Virus record (IMG/VR): IMGVR_UViG_3300010376_000067
Coordinates: 1-41,071 of that record
Reading direction: 5' to 3' (one strand)
From: a virus
Taxonomy: Duplodnaviria; Caudoviricetes
DNA: 41,071 bases
Under the pieces are notes generated by a model. It worked only from the letters and a program-made list of their open reading frames with translations, was not told the DNA's origin and did not search any database. Shown in pieces: positions 35,484 to 41,071 of the stretch. The position numbers and the translations under genes were made by a program. Positions within the stretch are counted from its first letter, which is position 1. Each line of letters opens with the position of its first letter.

Positions 35484-37736
35484 TTACCAGCCGGTGTCGG
35501 CGGTGTAGTGAATACCAATCCATTGAGATGCAGCCGCCGCAGCACCAATAGTTAAATATCCAATACCTTTGGTATCACAGTTTACTGCCGTAACAGTATT
35601 ATGTACGCCTGTTGACACGTTAAGTGCACCCATCTGAGCCCCACTATTAGGATCCCAGGTGGTCAAGGTAGGATATTTAGCTAATTCTCTCTCAAACAGC
35701 CCGAATCCCGTTACGTTTGTGGTAAGACTTGCGGGAATAAATCCACTTCGATAGTAAACATTATCTGCCGTTCCTGGCTTTATTGAATAGGCTTGCGATT
35801 TCTGGAAGTAACGCTTACAGGCCCAGAGATTGTTGTCGAACGGACAATCGATCGGGGTGGTGCAGACGGGGCCGGGTTCGTGTTGGCAAAATGCACAATC
35901 AAATGTGCTATTAACGGCCAAAGATGCGAAATTAGTGGCTCCTGGCGCTCCGACATATGAACCACTGCCCCACACATCGGTAGCCGGAGCTGTCATCGTA
36001 CTTCCAGCAGCCAGATTTATTCCCCAATAACAAGTTAAAGCGCCAGCAGTAGTGTTCCAACTGCCACCTGCATCCCAGATCGGTAGATTCGGAAGTGAGA
36101 TCAAAGTCCAAGTATTGGCATTAGGTATTGTGCAGAGCTTAACTAAACTGCGGCTGACTGGATTAGTGTCGCGTAGACTGAAAGAAAATTTAAAGTTCGC
36201 TACACTGCAACGTACCAGTAAAGAAACAGAATGAACATCATTGAACAATTCCCGTTGAGCTGGACCTTCCATTTGCTGGTAAAGGTCAATTTCTTCTGTA
36301 GCAGCCAGACTAGCTTGAGTCGTTGTTAAGGTGATTCGGCGGTAATAATTAGTGATATTAAAATTAGTCCCAGGCACTTGAACAAATCCAGTGGCACGAT
36401 TTGAACTGATCCGCCCGGTCGCTAGGTTATTGACAATATACCATCTGTCTTGGGATTTGCCGGAAGCTGTTACAGCGGCCCCCACATTGACTTGATCCAC
36501 CTCGAAGGTGGGGTTGCCCACTGCCGAGAACGTACGTTGGCGGACACTCCAGATCGTCGGCGTAACCGCGTTAGCCAGGTTCTGGCAAGTGTTGGTCCCG
36601 TCTACGAAATCTGTGGTGTTCCCGCTAAGTTGCGCTAGCAGTCCTCTAGCTGATGCGCTCGCACTAGGAATCTGATCACTGCCGGTGACATGGCTGGCTT
36701 CATGCGCAGCGGGTGCAAAGACCGCAGGCTTATTAGCAACCTGACTCCAGTCCGGAGCGATCGCGTCACTACCACCCAGGTTATGGGTGGTAGCGTGTGA
36801 GGTCGGCGGATAAGTCCCCGGTTTATTCTGGACCTGACTCCAGTCGGGAGCGATCGCGTCGGTCCCACCTAAGTTATGAGTGGATCCGTGAAGACTTGGC
36901 GGAAAGGTTGCAGGCTTACCGGTGATTCCGCTCCAAGGTGCCGCATTGGCAGTGGTTGCCGTCGTCGCATTGGTAGCATTCGTTGCGCTCGTAGCTGCGT
37001 CGGCGTACTGCGCGTGATCGACCAAATTAGTGTTGCTCTGTCCACTGCCTGGCGCATAGACGCTCTTCTGCATGTCGCCAACTCCAGCCGGACCCTGCGG
37101 ACCTGCGGGACCGGTGGCTCCGATTGAGCCCTGTGGACCTGCGGGACCGGTGGCTCCTTGTGGTCCAGTTGGGCCGGCGACTCCTTGGGCGCCAGCCGGT
37201 CCAGTTGGACCTTGTGGACCTACACCTCCAACAGTAGCTCCAGAATTAATAACCGTGCCTGAACCAGTGTTACCGGTGTATCCCAGGTTCTGCAAAGTAG
37301 CGACATTGCCGGCAATCGATACCGTCGAATAATAACCGGCGCCTTGAATATAGAGAATCAATCCTGTCGAAAGTCCGGAAGCACTAGCTAAAGTGACTCC
37401 CACGTTAGCGTTTACGGCTGGGACGGTGAAATTAGCTGAAGTGGTTGTCGCGACAGTGGTTCCTGCTGGGCCAGGCGGGCCTTGAGTACCGGTGACTCCT
37501 TGGATCCCTTGTGGTCCAGTTGGGCCAGTGACTCCTTGTGGTCCAGCAGGACCGACCGGACCGGATATCCCTTGTCCTCCGGGTGGTCCTTGCGCACCTG
37601 CTAAACCTTGGCTTCCGGTTGCGCCCTTTGGACCTGGCGGCCCCATCGGCCCAGCGCCAGTGGCGTTGAATTGCAAGGTTACGTCCACAGGAGTCAGGTC
37701 CACCGTGAACTGCGGCGACTCCCAAGTAACCGTCAT
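35484..37736 (-). CDS. collagen-repeat tail fibre / receptor-binding protein
   Basis: Two Gly-X-Y blocks, HxxTH..GG.DAI repeats, [12 protein letters not shown] domain, ACKRYFQKS; likely ATG at 37736 just after the upstream stop. Confidence 0.88.
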   Translation of the reverse strand: MTVTWESPQFTVDLTPVDVTLQFNATGAGPMGPPGPKGATGSQGLAGAQGPPGGQGISGPVGPAGPQGVTGPTGPQGIQGVTGTQGPPGPAGTTVATTTSANFTVPAVNANVGVTLASASGLSTGLILYIQGAGYYSTVSIAGNVATLQNLGYTGNTGSGTVINSGATVGGVGPQGPTGPAGAQGVAGPTGPQGATGPAGPQGSIGATGPAGPQGPAGVGDMQKSVYAPGSGQSNTNLVDHAQYADAATSATNATNATTATTANAAPWSGITGKPATFPPSLHGSTHNLGGTDAIAPDWSQVQNKPGTYPPTSHATTHNLGGSDAIAPDWSQVANKPAVFAPAAHEASHVTGSDQIPSASASARGLLAQLSGNTTDFVDGTNTCQNLANAVTPTIWSVRQRTFSAVGNPTFEVDQVNVGAAVTASGKSQDRWYIVNNLATGRISSNRATGFVQVPGTNFNITNYYRRITLTTTQASLAATEEIDLYQQMEGPAQRELFNDVHSVSLLVRCSVANFKFSFSLRDTNPVSRSLVKLCTIPNANTWTLISLPNLPIWDAGGSWNTTAGALTCYWGINLAAGSTMTAPATDVWGSGSYVGAPGATNFASLAVNSTFDCAFCQHEPGPVCTTPIDCPFDNNLWACKRYFQKSQAYSIKPGTADNVYYRSGFIPASLTTNVTGFGLFERELAKYPTLTTWDPNSGAQMGALNVSTGVHNTVTAVNCDTKGIGYLTIGAAAAASQWIGIHYTADTGW

Positions 37737-37740
37737 GTCT

Positions 37741-38259
37741 TCAGTCGGCATCTTTTTTGTCCTCGATAACAGTTGCTTTGGCTCTGGGGAGAGATTCAAA
37801 AAGTGCCTGGAGTTCTTCGCGGGTCACTACGCGTTTAGTCTCGGTGCGTTGGGTCACACCACCGCTTAAGAGTTGCGCCTTGTCGATCGTCTGCGCCAGT
37901 GCCTGCGCCAGGCGCCCAGTAGGCAACTCATGCGCCTCGCGTGCCAGTCGTTCACTCATTACCTGCACGCTTTCAAGCAAGTTATCCAGAACCACTTCCT
38001 TGATCTTCTGAATCGATTGCGGATGAAGCTGCCGGATCCGGCGAATTACGTCATCGCCAATTCCAACGTACTTGTTGATCAGTTGGCAACTGTACCCATC
38101 CGCGAGAAGTGTCAGGATTTGCTGGTATTTGACCGGCATCCGGGTGGCGACGATCCGCACCTTGGCCTCAGTCACATCATGAGGATTCGCGTCTTGCGGT
38201 ATCTCTGAAGTCCAATCGATTTTCTTCCAGGGATCGCGTTCCTTGGTTGCGATGCGCAC
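37741..38259 (-). CDS. HTH protein resembling a terminase small subunit
   Basis: [32 protein letters not shown], helical body, [17 protein letters not shown] tail. Confidence 0.55.
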   Translation of the reverse strand: MRIATKERDPWKKIDWTSEIPQDANPHDVTEAKVRIVATRMPVKYQQILTLLADGYSCQLINKYVGIGDDVIRRIRQLHPQSIQKIKEVVLDNLLESVQVMSERLAREAHELPTGRLAQALAQTIDKAQLLSGGVTQRTETKRVVTREELQALFESLPRAKATVIEDKKDAD

Positions 38260-38267
38260 TCACGCAT

Positions 38268-38284
38268 TGTGGCATTTTGTGGCA
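38268..38284 (-). promoter_or_regulatory. TGCCACA-pair motif, copy 3
   Basis: TGTGGCATTTTGTGGCA: two TGTGGCA 10 bp apart. Confidence 0.6.
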
Positions 38285-38340
38285 AATGAATCAACCTGAC
38301 ACTCTTGCGATTGTTCTGATTAACAGCTAGCTTGAATCAG

Positions 38341-38583
38341 ATGATAAATCCAACGGGCCATAAAGTGCACTTAAACCTCGATCGGGAGGATGAACCTGAC
38401 GAACTGGATTTGGTGTACAGCGACTTGGAAAAGGCGCAATTGAATATCAAGTTTTTGAAGGACTTATGCCTGCAAGCGGCGGATGCGCTGGAGGAAGAAT
38501 TTGGCCCTCCAACCGATCCTGCTTACGGAGTTAAGGGACCGATACACCAACTGATTGCAGAACTGCGAAAGGCGGCAGAGTGA
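38341..38583 (+). CDS. small coiled-coil protein, cassette 1
   Basis: Ends LC.AADALEE...LIAELRKAAE. Confidence 0.7.
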   Translation: MINPTGHKVHLNLDREDEPDELDLVYSDLEKAQLNIKFLKDLCLQAADALEEEFGPPTDPAYGVKGPIHQLIAELRKAAE

Positions 38584-38825
38584 ATGGCGAATATCCAAGC
38601 ATCGTGCCGGAACTTTCACTCTATCGAGTGGAAGCGGAGTTAGCTGCGACTCAAGCCGAACTGGCTGGGGCGGATAAAGTGATTTCCAATTTGAAAGTGC
38701 TGTGTCAGCGAGCGGCGGATGCGCTGGAGGAAGCTGAGCCAATGGTGCGGGAACCTGTTCCGGATACAGAGATGCACTCGGACTGGATAAAGCTGATCGA
38801 TGAATTGCGAAAGGCGGCAGGGTGA
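38475..38825 (+). repeat. bipartite direct repeats (23 bp at 38475 and 38711; 15 bp at 38564 and 38806)
   Basis: AGCGGCGGATGCGCTGGAGGAAG and TGCGAAAGGCGGCAG are exact duplicates. Confidence 0.9.
38580..38825 (+). CDS. small coiled-coil protein, cassette 2 (paralogue of cassette 1)
   Basis: Ends LCQRAADALEE...LIDELRKAAG; GTGA overlap. Confidence 0.72.
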   Translation: MNGEYPSIVPELSLYRVEAELAATQAELAGADKVISNLKVLCQRAADALEEAEPMVREPVPDTEMHSDWIKLIDELRKAAG

Positions 38826-38992
38826 AAGGTGGTGTCAGAGAAGGTGCCGGCCGACCAGCTACTGGCATAAAGAAACAATTGGTGGCGCTTAAACTGCGCA
38901 ACGAGGTTGCTAACGCCCTTCGTAGCGCAATCCCGGTTAAACAACGTTCGGCCTTTATCGAGGCGCTGATCGTTAAGGCGCTCGAGCTTTAA
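38822..38992 (+). CDS. 56-aa RHH-type DNA-binding protein with GGxRxGAGRP motif (not in the ORF track)
   Basis: Hand translation MKGGVREGAGRPATGIKKQLVALKLRNEVANALRSAIPVKQRSAFIEALIVKALEL. Confidence 0.78.
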   Translation: MKGGVREGAGRPATGIKKQLVALKLRNEVANALRSAIPVKQRSAFIEALIVKALEL

Positions 38993-39440
38993 GCTGCCGT
39001 GCGATACTCGCGCATTCGCGTTGCACGTAAGCCAGATCCCGGTAAACATCCTCGTGCCATTTAATCGTTGTCGCCAGTCCGGGCGCATAATCGTAAGCGT
39101 GTGCGCAATCGAACCCAAACCACCAGACGCGATCCGGTTCGCCTGGCGCCGGGTTGTGACAGATTCCATGCTCTTTGTCATCGTGCGCGCATAAGCCCGA
39201 AAAGGTCAGCCCGCCGTGGGCCTTAATATCGACAAGTTCGTCATCGTAATCTTTCCGGAAATACGGATGGCTTTCCGCGACTCCGACATAGCCACACCAG
39301 TTACCGAGTGTCTGATGCCTCACTGCAAGACACGGTAGACCAGTCTGGCGATCCGGCCACTGCACCTTGTCCGGTTCATTATCCCAAGGACCGGGACCAA
39401 ACTCTGATTTATCGAGGTAAGTGTATTGGAGCGTTTCCAT
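38973..39440 (-). CDS. conserved-looking phage hypothetical protein with Cys/His motifs
   Basis: GNWCGYVGV..HP...HGGLTF...WWFGFDCAH..D. Confidence 0.85.
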   Translation of the reverse strand: METLQYTYLDKSEFGPGPWDNEPDKVQWPDRQTGLPCLAVRHQTLGNWCGYVGVAESHPYFRKDYDDELVDIKAHGGLTFSGLCAHDDKEHGICHNPAPGEPDRVWWFGFDCAHAYDYAPGLATTIKWHEDVYRDLAYVQRECASIARQLKARAP

Positions 39441-39600
39441 ATCCGTTGAGAATCATTTGTCCTTCAATCATGCATGACAGAGAGGGATCCTCGCAAAGAG
39501 CCAGGATTGCCTGTTCCAATTCCGCGTCTTGTTTGCGGCGGTAAGATGGAATCAACCTCAAGAGTTTTTCGTAGATGGTTCTGCGTCTAAATGAAATCAT
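39409..39600 (-). CDS. hypothetical protein
   Basis: 63 aa from ATG at 39600, overlapping the downstream gene start. Confidence 0.5.
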   Translation of the reverse strand: MISFRRRTIYEKLLRLIPSYRRKQDAELEQAILALCEDPSLSCMIEGQMILNGYGNAPIHLPR

Positions 39601-39643
39601 AAAAAAAGGTTCGGCACCCCAATGTACAGAGATGCCGAGCCTT
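39601..39643 (-). terminator. rho-independent terminator after the integrase
   Basis: AAGGCTCGGCATC...GGTGCCGAACC hairpin followed by T7 on the minus strand. Confidence 0.7.
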
Positions 39644-39670
39644 AAACCTAAATTCGTTGTATTTACAAAA

Positions 39671-40834
39671 TCAACCGGCAATCCGGACAATCTTCTCTGG
39701 CGCAACCAGCGGGCGAATATTGAAATAGGTAACGGCGTCTTCCTTGGTTACCCGCGGATTCTCGTAATGCTCGTGGATCATCACGGTGTTCATATGGCCC
39801 ATCTCGTCCGCAGTCAGAGCTGCGTTCTGGTGCAAAGCCATATGATAAGAGCCAAAGGAGTGGCGCAGTCCGTCTTTGGGCCAACGAGAGAGTCTCGCTC
39901 GCTTTACGGTATCGCGGTGAAGCCGCGCACGGTTTTCTTCAGCCAACGGATCAACCGGCCCGCTTGCTCGCCGATAAGGTGAGAGCCACTCAAGGAGGTT
40001 ATCGCTCATTGCCACCCAACGCGGCTGGGCAGTCTTGGTCTTGGTCGAATCGACCCAGAGCCGTTTCTGGTCCCAGCGAATCTCGCTCCAGTCCAGACGC
40101 CGGCATTCACTCGGACGCAAACCCGCGAAAAGCCCAATGGCAATCGCCGGAATCAACTCCTCGGGCCGCACGGCGTGCTCGAGAATCGCGGCAGCTTCGC
40201 TGGGACTAAAAATCTCCGGCTGTTTTCCGCTGCGATCCTTGAATTTCTTAATCTCGCTGCACGGGTTATCTTTTACCCAACCTTGATCACGAGCGAAACT
40301 AAATACCATTCCAATGTGCGCCTTGTAATGGTTCTTACTGGCCGGACTCATCCGCATAGCGGTTAAGGCCTCGCGCATTGCTAAGGTGGTGATGTCGCAA
40401 AGCTGAATCTCACCGAAAAGTTCTGTGAGTTTCTTCATCGATTTGTCCAGATTTTCGACGTAAGCCTCGCTGCATTCTTTGTTTTCAACTCGACGGTTGA
40501 GTTCGCGCCTGAACGAGGCGCAAGCAACTGGAAGCAGCACGCTCTTAGAGCGAACATCATGATGGGCGAGATAGAAATCGACCGCCTGCGAAAGATTCGC
40601 GCCGAGCGGATCGAGCCGTTGCTGACAAAGCTTGGCTTCCGCCCGCAGTTCACTTGAAACGCTCGCCAACTCCAGCCCAGCGTTGCGCAGCTCGATGTTG
40701 CGCAGCCGAGCGTGTTCTTCCGCCAATTCGCGGGTTGGGAAAAACGCCCGGATTCGTTTGCCGCCCAGCCGGCCTTCAACACGGTACTTGTTCAGTCCGT
40801 GCCTGTCCTCGTTAACTGTAAATGCGCCTTTGAT
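39671..40834 (-). CDS. int: tyrosine integrase (start uncertain: frame open to 40837, first canonical start is TTG at 40726)
   Basis: AGLRPSE (R), TKT (K), LRHSFGSY (H-x-x-S/R region), MGH and HY catalytic motifs; N-terminal GKRIRAFFPTRELAE. Confidence 0.92.
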   Translation of the reverse strand: MKGAFTVNEDRHGLNKYRVEGRLGGKRIRAFFPTRELAEEHARLRNIELRNAGLELASVSSELRAEAKLCQQRLDPLGANLSQAVDFYLAHHDVRSKSVLLPVACASFRRELNRRVENKECSEAYVENLDKSMKKLTELFGEIQLCDITTLAMREALTAMRMSPASKNHYKAHIGMVFSFARDQGWVKDNPCSEIKKFKDRSGKQPEIFSPSEAAAILEHAVRPEELIPAIAIGLFAGLRPSECRRLDWSEIRWDQKRLWVDSTKTKTAQPRWVAMSDNLLEWLSPYRRASGPVDPLAEENRARLHRDTVKRARLSRWPKDGLRHSFGSYHMALHQNAALTADEMGHMNTVMIHEHYENPRVTKEDAVTYFNIRPLVAPEKIVRIAG

Positions 40835-40886
40835 TTTCTAAAAGTTCCTTTCCTGTTTCGGTGACTCAGGATCACCGCAAGAGGAC

Positions 40887-40905
40887 AGTGGCACGGTTGT
40901 GGCAC
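40887..40905 (-). promoter_or_regulatory. TGCCACA-pair motif, copy 4; candidate integrase arm-type sites
   Basis: AGTGGCACGGTTGTGGCAC directly upstream of int. Confidence 0.6.
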
Positions 40906-40917
40906 AAATACAAGTAA

Positions 40918-40950
40918 TTTAAGCACCTTTAAGGACATTTAACGACATTC
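40918..40950. repeat. three 10-bp direct repeats, candidate Xis sites
   Basis: TTTAAGCACC TTTAAGGACA TTTAACGACA. Confidence 0.65.
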
Positions 40951-40961
40951 GGCTATTTAAG

Positions 40962-40977
40962 TGTTCCACGTGAAATA
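40962..40977. promoter_or_regulatory. parS-like palindrome
   Basis: TGTTCCACGTGAAATA, one mismatch to TGTTNCACGTGAAACA. Confidence 0.7.
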
Positions 40978-40995
40978 ATCAATTAAAGCGCGTAA

Positions 40996-41008
40996 AATCA
41001 ACGCTTTG
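40996..41008 (+). promoter_or_regulatory. IHF consensus site
   Basis: AATCAACGCTTTG matches WATCAANNNNTTR. Confidence 0.6.
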
Positions 41009-41071
41009 TGCCGTTTAAGCGCAAACGCTCTGCCGCTATATAAGCCTGAATCGTGTTCACCTGTTTTCCCT

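Larger units (their letters stand above)
1..41071. mobile_element. temperate podovirus-like phage/prophage, apparently near complete
   Basis: Integrase, recombination, replication, packaging, head, tail and ejection modules all present; no host housekeeping genes or tape-measure gene. Confidence 0.92.

Noticed and set aside
35484-37736. Diversity-generating retroelement targeting the fibre
   Set aside because: No reverse transcriptase and no template/variable repeat pair differing at adenines was seen
38315-38341. Imperfect palindrome TCTGATT...AATCAGA as an att core
   Set aside because: Spacer too long for a core site; may be an operator but nothing else supports it
38475-38825. CRISPR mini-array
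   Set aside because: Two different boxes alternate, they lie in frame within ORFs, and no cas genes are present; the 2753 nuclease is the usual RecT partner
40889-40904. Sigma-54 promoter TGGCACG-N4-TGGCA
   Set aside because: GG-N10-GC spacing fits here, but the copies at 34574 and 38271 have 9-nt spacing and no + strand gene follows; a direct-repeat binding site explains it better
41045-41055. CCTGAATCGTG as the reverse complement of a tRNA-Leu(CAG) anticodon arm half (possible att core)
   Set aside because: Only 11 bp, with no D- or T-arm sequence adjacent; cannot be told from chance without the host tRNA

Overview
The window looks like a complete or nearly complete ~41 kb temperate podovirus-type phage or prophage. 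Left: small regulators, an excisionase-like HTH, VRR-NUC nuclease, RecT, a Cas4-like PD-(D/E)XK nuclease, an AAA_25/RepA-like helicase and an iteron-like repeat cluster. Middle (+ strand): TerL, portal, Ig-like (IPT/TIG) decoration proteins, scaffold, DUF5309/SU10-type major capsid, adaptor, nozzle, collar-domain tail fibre and a run of DNA-ejection proteins. That run is interrupted by a SET-domain/PAPS-reductase-like gene pair and ends in a 1641-aa polyvalent protein (3D domain, HExxH zincin, C-terminal HhH-GPD glycosylase-like domain). Right: a minus-strand membrane-protein moron operon, a second collagen-type fibre module with a displaced TerS-like gene, a small repeat-delimited gene-cassette array, and a tyrosine integrase next to an att-like region holding arm-like repeats, 10-bp repeats, an IHF consensus and a near-perfect parS. 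The main non-coding signals are a sharp C-rich to G-rich strand-skew flip near 6.4-6.5 kb that gene direction does not explain, and a TGCCACA-pair motif at four module boundaries. Gene style suggests a Verrucomicrobia-like host, which is inference only. All domain calls are motif recognition by eye; no database was searched.
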